Shown in pieces: positions 37,073 through 46,606 of a stretch of 62,475 nucleotides of DNA. Position 1 is the first letter of the stretch. Each line of letters begins with the position of its first letter. Both the position numbers and the translations under genes were made by a program. A model generated the notes under the pieces. That model was not told where the DNA came from and did no database searches. It saw only the letters and a program-made list of their open reading frames with translations. Source of the DNA: Myxococcota bacterium (GTDB lineage: Bacteria > Myxococcota_A > Polyangia > Polyangiales > Sandaracinaceae); contig JAYZQJ010000183.1 in assembly GCA_036149055.1 (NCBI GenBank), positions 1 to 62,475 of the forward strand, given 5' to 3'.

Positions 37073-39199
37073 GTGTCTCAGCCGCTGTCCGCCACGATCG
37101 CGAACGAGCTCTCGCTGCCCGGGGCCGGGGTGGCCGCGGTGCTCGCGCTGCTGGAGGAGGGCGCGACCGTGCCCTTCATCGCGCGCTACCGGAAGGAGCG
37201 CACCGGCGGGCTCGACGAGGTGCAGATCCGCGACGTCCAGGAGCGACACGCGGCGCTGAAGGCGCTGGCCGACCGGAAAGCCACCGTGCTCTCGGCCATC
37301 GAGGCGCAGGGCGCGCTCACCCCCGAGCTGCGGCGCGCGATCGAGGCGTGCGCGACGAAGACCGCGCTCGAAGACCTGTACGGGCCGTACAAGAAGAAGC
37401 GCAAGACGCGCGGCACGATGGCCCGCGACAAGGGGCTCGGGCCGCTCGCCGATCGGATCCTCGCCCAGCCCCGGGACGGTCACCCCGGCCGGGAGGCGCG
37501 CGACTTCGTGAAGGGCGAGGTGAAGGACGCCCCCGACGCGCTCGCCGGCGCCCGCGACATCGTGGCCGAGTCGGTCGCCGACGACCCCCGGGTGCGCGGA
37601 CTCGTGCGCGAGACCTTCCTCGGGCACGGGCGCCTCCAGACCAAGGCGGCGCGCGGCAAGAAGAAGGAGCGCAGCAAGTTCGAGCAGTACTACGACTTCG
37701 CCGAGCGCCTCGATCGCATGCCGTCGCACCGGGTGCTCGCGATCCTGCGCGGGGAGGCGGAGGGCTTCCTCCGCTCGTCGATCGAGCTCGACCACGACCG
37801 GCTGAAGGCTCAGATCGAGCGTCTCGTCGGCCTCCGGCCGGGCTCTCCGTTCGCGGGCGAGCTGCGCGAGGCGGTCTCCGACGGCTACCAGCGCCTGCTC
37901 ACGCCGAGCCTCACCAACGACGTGAAGAGCACGCTGAAGGAGAAGGCGGACGGCGAGGCGATCGACGTCTTCGCCGACAACCTGCGCGACCTGCTGCTCG
38001 CCGCGCCGCTCGGGGAGGCGGCGGTCCTGGCCATCGACCCGGGCATCCGCACCGGCTGCAAGTGCGCCGCGCTCGACGCCACCGGGCGCTTCCTCGAGAG
38101 CGACGTGATCTACCCCGACCGCCGGGCCGACGACGCCGCGCGCGCCCTGGTGAAGCTGGTGAAGAAGCACGGCGCGCGCGCGGTCGCGGTCGGCAACGGC
38201 ACCGCGGGGCGGGAGACGGAGGCCTTCGCCCGCCGGGCGCTCTCGGACGCCGGCCTCGACGTGATGGTCGTCTCGGTCAGCGAGTCCGGCGCGAGCATCT
38301 ACAGCGCCTCGGACGTGGCCCGCGAGGAGTTCCCCGACCTCGACCTGACGGTGCGCGGCGCGATCTCGATCGGCCGCCGCCTGCAGGATCCGCTCGCCGA
38401 GCTGGTGAAGCTCGACCCGAAGGCGATCGGCGTCGGCCAGTACCAGCACGACGTCGACCAGAAGCGCCTCGCGCGGAAGCTCGAGGAGGTCGTCGAGAGC
38501 TGCGTGAACCAGGTCGGCGTCTCGCTCAACCTGGCGAGCGCCGCGCTGCTGTCGTTCGTGGCCGGGCTCGGGCCCGCGCTCGCGAAGCGGGTGGTGGAGC
38601 GCCGCGAGACCGAGGGCCGCTTCACGCGGCGGCGAGACCTGCTGAAGGTGAAGGGCCTGGGGCCCAAGGCGTTCGAGCAGTGCGCCGGCTTCCTGCGCAT
38701 CCAGGGCGGCCCCGAGCCCCTCGACGCGTCGGCCGTGCACCCCGAGCGCTACCCGCTCGTGCAGCGCATGGCGAAGGACCTCGGGGCCTCGGTGAGCGAC
38801 CTCGTCGGCGACGCCGGGCGCGCCCGCTCCCTCGATCTGTCGCGCTACGTCGAGGGCGACGTCGGCCTGCCCACCCTGCGGGACATCGTGCAGGAGCTCG
38901 AGAAGCCGGGCCGCGACCCGCGCGAGGCCTTCGAGCCGCCGCGCTTCCGCGACGACGTGCGCGAGATGGAGGACCTGAAGCCCGGCATGGAGCTCGAGGG
39001 CGTGGTCACCAACGTCACCCACTTCGGCGCGTTCGTCGATCTCGGGGTGCACCAGGACGGCCTCGTGCACGTCTCCAAGCTCGCCGACCGCTACGTCGAA
39101 GACCCGCGCGAGGTGGTCAAGGTGGGCGACCGCGTGCAGATCCGCGTGCTCGACGTGGACCTGCAGCGCAAGCGCATCTCGCTCGCGCGCCTCGGCTGA
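37073..39199 (+). CDS. tex: Tex family RNA-binding transcription accessory protein
   Basis: EGATVPFIARYRKERTGGLDE, IDPGIRTGCK, GASIYSAS, RRLQDPLAELVK, C-terminal S1 domain. Confidence 0.95.
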   Translation: MSQPLSATIANELSLPGAGVAAVLALLEEGATVPFIARYRKERTGGLDEVQIRDVQERHAALKALADRKATVLSAIEAQGALTPELRRAIEACATKTALEDLYGPYKKKRKTRGTMARDKGLGPLADRILAQPRDGHPGREARDFVKGEVKDAPDALAGARDIVAESVADDPRVRGLVRETFLGHGRLQTKAARGKKKERSKFEQYYDFAERLDRMPSHRVLAILRGEAEGFLRSSIELDHDRLKAQIERLVGLRPGSPFAGELREAVSDGYQRLLTPSLTNDVKSTLKEKADGEAIDVFADNLRDLLLAAPLGEAAVLAIDPGIRTGCKCAALDATGRFLESDVIYPDRRADDAARALVKLVKKHGARAVAVGNGTAGRETEAFARRALSDAGLDVMVVSVSESGASIYSASDVAREEFPDLDLTVRGAISIGRRLQDPLAELVKLDPKAIGVGQYQHDVDQKRLARKLEEVVESCVNQVGVSLNLASAALLSFVAGLGPALAKRVVERRETEGRFTRRRDLLKVKGLGPKAFEQCAGFLRIQGGPEPLDASAVHPERYPLVQRMAKDLGASVSDLVGDAGRARSLDLSRYVEGDVGLPTLRDIVQELEKPGRDPREAFEPPRFRDDVREMEDLKPGMELEGVVTNVTHFGAFVDLGVHQDGLVHVSKLADRYVEDPREVVKVGDRVQIRVLDVDLQRKRISLARLG

Positions 39200-40768
39200 T
39201 CAGTCGCAGCGGACGAGCGGCTCGAGCTCCGACTCGCGGCCGTACATGGCCATGATCGCCTCGAGCTGCTCGCGCACGTCGTCGAGGGTCTCGTCCGCGC
39301 CGCTGTCGTGCCCGGGGGTCTGGGCGACGCAGAGGAACTTCATCGCGCCGCACGCGTCGAGGGTGTCGCACGCGCCGTTGAGCGCGGCGGTCGGCTCCAG
39401 GTCGAGGTCGCCGTAGTAAGCGAGGCCGCCGATGAAGACGAGCCGCACGTCCGCCGCCTCGCTGTCCAGCACCGCCCGGTAGGGATCCATCGCGCGCCGG
39501 CCGAACACCGTCACGTCGGCGACCATGCCCTCCTCGAGCCGGCCGATGCGCGCCTCGAGGCCGACGGCGCCGGCGCCGCCCGCGGTCGCCATCTCCCAGA
39601 TCCGCGCCGGGGTCAGGGCGCTGATGCCCTCGGCGGTGCCGTAGGCGTGCGCGAAGCGCATCTCGCCGAGCACGTGGTCCTCCCCCGAGACCGTCCAGTC
39701 CGGGCCGAGCCCGATCTCGAGGCCCATGTCCAGCATCGCCGCGATCGGCGCCGTCTCGCCGTAGAGGATGAGGTTGCTCGAGGGCGACCACACCACGTGG
39801 GCGTCGGCCATCGCCGCCTCGGCGAGCTGCGCCTCGGTCAGGCCCATGGAGTGGATGAGCAGGCCCACCCCGCTCCAGGAGCCGTCCGGCGCGGCGAGCA
39901 GGCTCGTGCCCATGTGCCGGTTGCTGCGCGGGTCGCGCCCCGCGAAGGAGTCGAACTCGAGCTCGACGTTCGAGCCGCTCACGCCCTCCTGCATGTGCAC
40001 CGCGTAGCGGGTGGTGGGCTCGGTCGCGGCCGAGAAGTCCTCGACCAGGCCCGCGGCGTCGGAGTCGGTGATATCGCGCGGGGAGCTGATCGTGGTGCGC
40101 ATGTGGTCGTAGCCGAGGCCGTGGTGATGGTCGGCGTTGCGCGCGAGGCGGTTGAGGCACGAGCGGTTGGCCGACTGCCCCATGACCGTGGTGGTCCCGT
40201 GCACGATGGAGCGGAGCTCCCCCCACTTGGCGCCCGGGCAGATGCGCGCGTTCTCGTTCCGGCCGTCCGCGAAGGGGCGGATGTGGTCTTCGTACGCGGC
40301 GACGTCGGACCACTCGTAGCGGCTGCCGTAGGTCGTGCCCGCGACCCACTCGGGCAAGAAGTCGTAGGTGAGGTGGTTGTGCGCGTCGACGAGCCCGGGG
40401 CTGATGACCCCGAAGGTCTCGATCTCGATCGCCGAGGCGGCGCCCGGCGCGCCGCTGCAGTCCGCGGCGACGCAGGTGATGGTGTCGCCGACGATCAGCA
40501 CCTGTCCGTCCAGGATGGGCCCGTCGGGCGCGAGCACCGCGCCGCGCAGCAGGAAGCCCCCCGCGCCCTCCCGCACCACGCGCGCCGGCGGGCTCGGCTC
40601 GGAGCCCGTCGGGAGCGGCCCGGCGTCGATCGGCGGCCCGGCGTCCCGCGGACCGGCGTCCTCGAGGGGGCCAGCGTCGGCCGGCGGCGGCTCCGCGTCG
40701 CCGCGATCGATGGGGCGCACGCATCCGACGAGGAGCGCGAGCCCGAGCACCCAACTGCCATGCTTCAT
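39200..40768 (-). CDS. Amidohydrolase-superfamily lipoprotein
   Basis: Lipobox LLVGC; PGLVDAHNH, HMQEG, LIH, WSPSSN, GPDW, GRLEEGMVADV. Confidence 0.85.
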   Translation of the reverse strand: MKHGSWVLGLALLVGCVRPIDRGDAEPPPADAGPLEDAGPRDAGPPIDAGPLPTGSEPSPPARVVREGAGGFLLRGAVLAPDGPILDGQVLIVGDTITCVAADCSGAPGAASAIEIETFGVISPGLVDAHNHLTYDFLPEWVAGTTYGSRYEWSDVAAYEDHIRPFADGRNENARICPGAKWGELRSIVHGTTTVMGQSANRSCLNRLARNADHHHGLGYDHMRTTISSPRDITDSDAAGLVEDFSAATEPTTRYAVHMQEGVSGSNVELEFDSFAGRDPRSNRHMGTSLLAAPDGSWSGVGLLIHSMGLTEAQLAEAAMADAHVVWSPSSNLILYGETAPIAAMLDMGLEIGLGPDWTVSGEDHVLGEMRFAHAYGTAEGISALTPARIWEMATAGGAGAVGLEARIGRLEEGMVADVTVFGRRAMDPYRAVLDSEAADVRLVFIGGLAYYGDLDLEPTAALNGACDTLDACGAMKFLCVAQTPGHDSGADETLDDVREQLEAIMAMYGRESELEPLVRCD

Positions 40769-40821
40769 CGCGACCAGCCTAGCAGCGTGCAGTCATTTTC
40801 GCCGCGCGCTGCGCACATCGG

Positions 40822-42351
40822 TCATCCACGGGACGCCGCCTCGCGGAGCTCTTCGTCCAGAGCCTGTCGCTCCTCCGCCCCTCGACGGTCACCCAGGCTG
40901 AAGGCGACGCCGGCGAGGAAGGAGAGCGCGAACGCGGGGGGCAGCTCGCCGAGCGTCTCGAAGAAGGGCCCGACGCCGGGCAGCGCGGGGGCGCCGAACT
41001 TGAACAGCGGCACGCACAGGAAGCCGACCGCCATCGCCGCCAGCGCGCCGCGCCGGGTCATGCCCGACCAGAAGAGCGAGAGGATCATCGTCGGGCAGAA
41101 CGTGGCGCTGATGCCGCTCCAGCCGAAGATGACGAACCAGAAGACGGTGCGGTCCGGCGTGCTGAGGGCGACCCCCAGCGCGATGAGGAGCGCCACCATC
41201 GCGAGCAGGAAGGTGGCCGCGCGGCTCTTGCCGACCAGCTGGTCGTCGGGCAGGTCGGGCCGCTGCACCTTCTGATGCAGGTCTCGCGCGAGCGCGCTGC
41301 CGGCGAGCACGAGGAGCGAGTCCACCGTGCTCATGATCGCGCTGAGCACGATCGCCACGAAGAGCCCGACGAGGATCAGCGGCAGGAGGTGCTCGACCGT
41401 CATCGGCAGCACGTCCTCCCCGCCCGTCCCGAGCGCCTCGAGCGGCTGGTCCGGGCCGGTGAGGATCGCGCGGCCGAGCATGCCGATGAGCACCGCGCCC
41501 GCGTCGGCGAGCAGGGTGAAGACGATGGCGACCGCCGCGCCCTTGCCGATCTCTCCTTCGTCCTTCAGCGCGATGAAGCGCACGAAGATCTGCGGCGAGC
41601 CGAGGAAGCCGAGGCCGATCAGCGAGAGGCTGACGACGCTGACCACCGCCTCGAGCGACCACCCGCCGGGGCCCGCCGGTGAGAGCAGCCCGGGATCGAT
41701 CGCGGCGAGCGCGTCGGCCATCGGGCCGAAGCCGCCGATCGAGACCAGCCCGACGATCGGGAGCCCCACCAGCCCGAGGAACATGAGCGAGCCCTGGAAC
41801 ACGTCGCTCCACGCCACCGCCAGGAAGCCGCCCGCGACGATGTAGACCAGCACGACCGCGAAGCCGACCGCGATCCCCACGTAGTAGTCCCAGCCGAGGA
41901 AGCTCTCGAACGCCTTGCCGGTCGCGTCGATCTGCGCGCTCACGTAGATGGTGACGAACACCACGAGCGCGACGGCGCTGAAGATCCGCAAGAGGTGCGA
42001 TCGGTCGCGGAACCGGTCCTCGAGGTAGTCCGGGACCGTGATCGACGCGTAGCGATCGGTCAGCCGCTTGAAGCGCCGGCAGAGGAGGAGCCACGCGCCC
42101 GCGACGCCGAGCACCTCGCCGAGCACCACCCAGAAGGCCTTCACGCCGACCGCCGCGCCCATCCCGGTCAGCCCGATGAGCAGCCACGCGCTCTCCCCGG
42201 TGGCGCGCGCGCTGAACGCGACCGCCCAGAACCCGAGGCCCTTCCCGGCGGCGAAGTAGTCCTCGATGTCCTTCATGCGCCGCGACGCGACGACGCCGAT
42301 CAGCAGCAGGACGAGGAGGTAGACGGCGACCGCGACGAGCTTGACCAGCAC
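40822..42351 (-). CDS. putP: Sodium/proline symporter (SSS family)
   Basis: SARATGESAWLL, GGFLAVAWSDVFQG, GFLGSPQIFVRF, SAIMSTVDS. Confidence 0.85.
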   Translation of the reverse strand: MLVKLVAVAVYLLVLLLIGVVASRRMKDIEDYFAAGKGLGFWAVAFSARATGESAWLLIGLTGMGAAVGVKAFWVVLGEVLGVAGAWLLLCRRFKRLTDRYASITVPDYLEDRFRDRSHLLRIFSAVALVVFVTIYVSAQIDATGKAFESFLGWDYYVGIAVGFAVVLVYIVAGGFLAVAWSDVFQGSLMFLGLVGLPIVGLVSIGGFGPMADALAAIDPGLLSPAGPGGWSLEAVVSVVSLSLIGLGFLGSPQIFVRFIALKDEGEIGKGAAVAIVFTLLADAGAVLIGMLGRAILTGPDQPLEALGTGGEDVLPMTVEHLLPLILVGLFVAIVLSAIMSTVDSLLVLAGSALARDLHQKVQRPDLPDDQLVGKSRAATFLLAMVALLIALGVALSTPDRTVFWFVIFGWSGISATFCPTMILSLFWSGMTRRGALAAMAVGFLCVPLFKFGAPALPGVGPFFETLGELPPAFALSFLAGVAFSLGDRRGAEERQALDEELREAASRG

Positions 42352-42382
42352 CCGCCGAGGCTATCGAACGCGACGCGGGCCG

Positions 42383-42757
42383 TCAGGTTCGGAGCTCGAA
42401 CGCGGTCCTCACCTCGCCGGGATCCCAGCCGAGCCCGCGGACCAGCCGCGCGACCCGGAGCATCACGAGCTCCACGTCGTCGGCGCCCGGCGAGAGCGCC
42501 AGGTAGCGCCGGTAGGCGCGCACGGCCTCGGGCGCGTGACCCATCGCCTCGTACGCCACCGCGAGGGTCCGCCACGCCTCGGCGCGCTCGGCGTCGCGAT
42601 GCACGACGTCTTGCAGCACGGCGATCGCCGCGGGGAAGCGCCCGCGCAGGAGCAGCCCCCGCGCGTCGTCCACCGAAGGCTCGGCGAGCGCGACGCTCGG
42701 CGCGAGCAGGCCGGCGCAGAGCGCCAGGCTACTCGACATGACCCCCATCCACCGCAT
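42383..42757 (-). CDS. Small secreted TPR protein
   Basis: Signal peptide, then AWRTLAVAYEAMGHAPEAVRAYRRYLALSP TPR. Start uncertain. Confidence 0.65.
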   Translation of the reverse strand: MRWMGVMSSSLALCAGLLAPSVALAEPSVDDARGLLLRGRFPAAIAVLQDVVHRDAERAEAWRTLAVAYEAMGHAPEAVRAYRRYLALSPGADDVELVMLRVARLVRGLGWDPGEVRTAFELRT

Positions 42758-42874
42758 GCCCGAAGGGTGGATCGCGCTCGAGAGGGTGGCAAACGATGGC
42801 GCCGGGGCACCTTCGCGCACCTTCGCCCCCTTCCACGACTGACCCGAGACGACGGCAGGCGACGAGCGCAGCGA

Positions 42875-43127
42875 GGTCGCCGCACGCGCCACTCGAGTCG
42901 TGCGAGCCCGCGGCCGCGGGGCGGCCAGCTGGCGCGAAGCGCGAGCGCGAGCCGCAGGGGACCCAGCGCCCCGCGCTGGGGTCGGGGCCGAGCGGAGCGA
43001 GGTCCCGGAGTGGGTGGGGGGGCCCCGCGGAGCCGGTGCAGCGGTCATCGCGTAGGCTGCGGAGCAGCCGGAGTGGTGACCGTTGTGCCGGCGCAGCGGG
43101 GGGGCGGGGGCGGACCCGCCCCTGCCC
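42875..43127. repeat. Dispersed ~250 bp structured intergenic repeat, copy 2
   Basis: Colinear similarity to 71-310 in the same orientation; also abuts the stop codon of a minus-strand gene. Confidence 0.85.
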
Positions 43128-43134
43128 AGCTAAC

Positions 43135-44127
43135 TCAGCGCTCTGTCGAGGACAGCTGGTCTCCCGATTCGGGGACCCAGTGTTCCTCGAAGCGCGCCCG
43201 CCGGCCTCGGCTCACCCACACGCCGACCCACTCGCTGGGCACGCTCCAGGTGCGCAGGGGATCGGCATCGCGATCCGCCGCGAGCGCGGTCACGTGGAGG
43301 TGGGGCTCGAGGCTGACGCCGCTGTTGCCCACCCGCCCGAGGAGCGCGCCCGCCTCGAGCCGCGCGCCCACCTCCACCTCGGCCGGGATGGAGCCCTGCT
43401 GGAAGTGCAGCAGGTAGAGGTAGTAGCCGCCGTAGATCTGCACACCGACCAGGTTGTTGACAGCGTCGAGATCGAGCGCGCCGGGCGGCTGATCCGGCGC
43501 GTCGCGCACGACCTCCACCACCACGCCCGCGGTGGGCAAGAAGACGTCCTCACCCCAGACGAGGTAGTCCGCATTGCGCGTCCCGTCGCCGGTGAACCGA
43601 TCGCCGCGCGCGTCGGTGCGCACCAGGTCCCAGGCGAAGTCGCCGTAGCCGTTCTCCTCGAGGTGGTAACGCTCGTGTCCCGTGATCACCGTGGCCACGC
43701 CGTCGAGGGGCACGCGCTCGAGCGCGACCCCGACCCTGCGCATCGCGTCTCGGTGGCGCTCCGCGGGCCACGGGATCGCCTCCTCGCGGACGATCGCGTC
43801 CGACCTGATGAATCGCAAGGAACGATCCTCCGGCCACTCGGCGAGCCCCGCCGGGTCGAAGACGGCGTGGGTCAGGGCGTCCGCGGGCTCCCACCACCAG
43901 ATCGAGTGGTCGTAGGTGGCGATCCGCTCTCCCTCGACGACCCCGCCGTCCCGGAGGGTGAGCCGCACCCCGCCCCGCTCGAGGCCCGCGTCCGCGTCCC
44001 CGGGGCCGCCGTCGAGGCCGCGGCCCCCGTCTCGGCCGGCGTCTCGCCCCGCATCCGGACGCCCCGCGTCCTCGCCGGGAGCGCCGGCGCAGCCGAGGAG
44101 CAGCAGACAGAGCGCGATCCGGGTCAC
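43135..44127 (-). CDS. M23-family metallopeptidase lipoprotein
   Basis: Lipobox LLGC; FAWD, YLLHFQQGSI, LGRVGNSGVSLEPHLH. Confidence 0.85.
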   Translation of the reverse strand: MTRIALCLLLLGCAGAPGEDAGRPDAGRDAGRDGGRGLDGGPGDADAGLERGGVRLTLRDGGVVEGERIATYDHSIWWWEPADALTHAVFDPAGLAEWPEDRSLRFIRSDAIVREEAIPWPAERHRDAMRRVGVALERVPLDGVATVITGHERYHLEENGYGDFAWDLVRTDARGDRFTGDGTRNADYLVWGEDVFLPTAGVVVEVVRDAPDQPPGALDLDAVNNLVGVQIYGGYYLYLLHFQQGSIPAEVEVGARLEAGALLGRVGNSGVSLEPHLHVTALAADRDADPLRTWSVPSEWVGVWVSRGRRARFEEHWVPESGDQLSSTER

Positions 44128-44131
44128 CGGA

Positions 44132-44782
44132 TCAGTGTAGGAGCGCGCTGGGCACCGAGTCATCCAGCTCGCTCAAGGCCAGCACGAACCCGGTCCGGGT
44201 CTCGGGCTCGCGGGTACCGACCCAGACGCGGTAGCGCCCGGGCAGGAACGCCTGACGGACAGACGGATGGGGGCCGTCGGTGTCGTCGGCGCAGCGAGGC
44301 TCCCCGTCCGGGCCCACCACCATCAGGGTGGTGTCCGCGTGGGAGGCGACCAGGATGGCCAGCTCGGCGAACGGGCGCGCCGCGTCCAGCACGAGGTCGG
44401 GATCCTCGGCCGCCCATCCGTCGCAGCGATCGTCGAACGCGTCGAGGTCGACCGGGCCGCCGGCCGTCTCCCCGGTGTGCACGATCGGGTCCGGGACGAA
44501 CCCCGGGCTCAGATCGAGCTCGGCGAGGCGAGCCTCATCCGAGAGCAGGTCCGGCTCGACGATCTCCTCCGGCGCGCCGGCCTCCTCGGGCTCGGTCGCG
44601 CTCGCGAGCGTCGGCATCTTCACGTCGCGGACGACCGGGTCGTCGCAGCCCGCGAGGGCGCAACCTCCGATGCCCACGCCCCCCAGCGCGAGCGTCGCGC
44701 CGAGCACCATGGCCTTGCCTCCGCCGGTCGACCGGGTCGGTCGGCAGGCGCCGTTCGGGTGGGCGTCCTCGAGACTCGTCAC
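44132..44782 (-). CDS. Exported protein with LSPGFVPDP beta-sandwich domain
   Basis: LSPGFVPDP...GGPVD...CDGW...PDLVL...DTTL...CADD...GRYRVWVG; GGAGG RBS before GTG 44782. Confidence 0.65.
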   Translation of the reverse strand: MTSLEDAHPNGACRPTRSTGGGKAMVLGATLALGGVGIGGCALAGCDDPVVRDVKMPTLASATEPEEAGAPEEIVEPDLLSDEARLAELDLSPGFVPDPIVHTGETAGGPVDLDAFDDRCDGWAAEDPDLVLDAARPFAELAILVASHADTTLMVVGPDGEPRCADDTDGPHPSVRQAFLPGRYRVWVGTREPETRTGFVLALSELDDSVPSALLH

Positions 44783-44808
44783 GTCATCCTCCGAGCGAGT
44801 CCCCCCGA

Positions 44809-45297
44809 TCACGGCGTCGCCTCCGTGGGCGTCGCCTCTCCCCCTGCGTCCGCGCGTCCCATCGAACGCACGTGATCGACGAGCACCGCGATGCCGCGCT
44901 CGTTGATCATGGAGCCGAAGGCCGGCATGAGGCCTTGCCCCATCCGGATCGCGCGGGCGAGGTCGGCGTCCTCGCGGCTCGCCTGCCACGCGGCCGACGT
45001 GAAGTCGGCGATCTGCGCGCCCCCGGGGGCCTGCGCGCCGTCCCCGCGCCCCTCCGCGCCGTGGCAGCCGGCGCAGCGCTCCAGCCAGAGCGCGGTCACC
45101 GCCCGCCGGACGGTCTCCGGGTCCGGCTCCGCCGCGGGCTCGGCCGCGCTCCGCGAAGGATCGGGCTGCTCGGGCTGGACGTGGTCCGAGGCGCGCCACT
45201 CCCGGCGGTCGCGGGGCTCGTCGTCGCAGCCGGTGAGGGCGAGGAGCAGCCCCAGGACGGGGAACAATCGGGCGTGGCGCCGCACCGGCAGAGGCAT
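44809..45297 (-). CDS. Monoheme c-type cytochrome lipoprotein
   Basis: LALTGC lipobox; CAGCHG; distal MPAF. Confidence 0.88.
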   Translation of the reverse strand: MPLPVRRHARLFPVLGLLLALTGCDDEPRDRREWRASDHVQPEQPDPSRSAAEPAAEPDPETVRRAVTALWLERCAGCHGAEGRGDGAQAPGGAQIADFTSAAWQASREDADLARAIRMGQGLMPAFGSMINERGIAVLVDHVRSMGRADAGGEATPTEATP

Positions 45298-45349
45298 AGG
45301 CGAGCCCGCTCCGCGCCGCAAGCCGGGCGAACGCTGCTAGATTTCGCGG

Positions 45350-46606
45350 GTGAGGCGCACACGGGCCGGTTGGTACCTCCGCGGGGGGCTGCTGCTCCTC
45401 ACCTTCGGCATGGCGATGGTCGCCTTCGAGTCGGGGGTCGGGGTGAGCGATCGCGGCGGCGTGCCCGAGGGGGACCTGCTCACCCACATCTACTACTCGC
45501 TCGGCCTCTTCGTGCTCGGCGGCCTCGACCTCGGCATCCCGCGAGGCGGCCCGGTGTTCGCGCGGGCGCTGCTCTGGATCGCCTACTTCGCGGCGCCCGT
45601 GATCACGACCAGCGCGGTGCTCGAGGGCGCGGTCCGGCTGCTCAAGCCCGAGTGGCTGGTGGCGCGCATGAGCCGGGATCACGTCATCCTCGTCGGCGTG
45701 GGCCGCCTCGGCACGCTCTTCCTCGAGGCCCTCCGCGACCGGCACCCGCGCGTCCCCGTGCTCGCGGTGGATCTCGACGCGCACCGCGCCACCGTGCAGC
45801 AGGCGCAGGACCGCTTCGGCGCGCGGTTCTTGCCGGCGGACGTCCGGGTCGCGGCCACCCTCGACTCGCTCGCGCTCGAGGAGGCGCGCGCGGTCGCGCT
45901 CCTGACCAGCGACGACCTCGTCAACCTCGAGGCCGCCTGGCGCATCGCCGAGCGCTGCCCCGGCCTCCGGGTGATCGCGCACGTGGCCGACCTGGGAATG
46001 CGGCGCATGGTCGACCGCGTCGAGCACGGGAGGGGCGTGAGCATCTTCAACTCCCACCGCACCGCGGCGCGCAAGCTCTACCAGGACCACCTGGCCGAGC
46101 ACTTCAAGCAGACCGACCCCGCGGACGTGGTGGTGCTCGCCGGCTTCGGCCGCTTCGGGCAGACCATCCTCGAGTACCTGCACGCGGCCGCCGGCTCGGA
46201 GATCGGCCGCGCCGTCATCGTCGACGTCTCGGGCGAGCGACAGGCGCGCCTCTTCCGCGCGCAGGTGCCGGGCACCGCGTCCATCCCCCTCTCGATCCTC
46301 GAGCGCAACCTCGACGACCCGCAGAGCTGGACCGAGCTCGAGGCCATCCTCGCCGCGCACTTCGAGGCGGCGCACGAGGTCGAGCCCGTCTTCGTGATCG
46401 GCACCGACGACGACCAGCTCAACCTGCGGAGCGCGATCTCCCTCCGCGGCCTGCACCCGCGCGCCCGCATCTTCGTGCGCTGCACCTACGAGTCCGCGTT
46501 CACCAGCCAGATCGCCGGGACGATGGACCTCGAGCTGCTGGCGGTCGAGGGCATGCTGCGGGAGGCGCTCGCGGAGAGGCAGAAGGAGTGGCTCGCCGAG
46601 GGCTGA
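45350..46606 (+). CDS. Two-TM ion-channel-like protein with tandem TrkA-N/RCK domains
   Basis: TM-pore-like-TM N-terminus; HVILVGVGRLG and VVLAGFGRFG Rossmann motifs; TSDDLVNL and TDDDQLNL. Confidence 0.75.
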   Translation: MRRTRAGWYLRGGLLLLTFGMAMVAFESGVGVSDRGGVPEGDLLTHIYYSLGLFVLGGLDLGIPRGGPVFARALLWIAYFAAPVITTSAVLEGAVRLLKPEWLVARMSRDHVILVGVGRLGTLFLEALRDRHPRVPVLAVDLDAHRATVQQAQDRFGARFLPADVRVAATLDSLALEEARAVALLTSDDLVNLEAAWRIAERCPGLRVIAHVADLGMRRMVDRVEHGRGVSIFNSHRTAARKLYQDHLAEHFKQTDPADVVVLAGFGRFGQTILEYLHAAAGSEIGRAVIVDVSGERQARLFRAQVPGTASIPLSILERNLDDPQSWTELEAILAAHFEAAHEVEPVFVIGTDDDQLNLRSAISLRGLHPRARIFVRCTYESAFTSQIAGTMDLELLAVEGMLREALAERQKEWLAEG

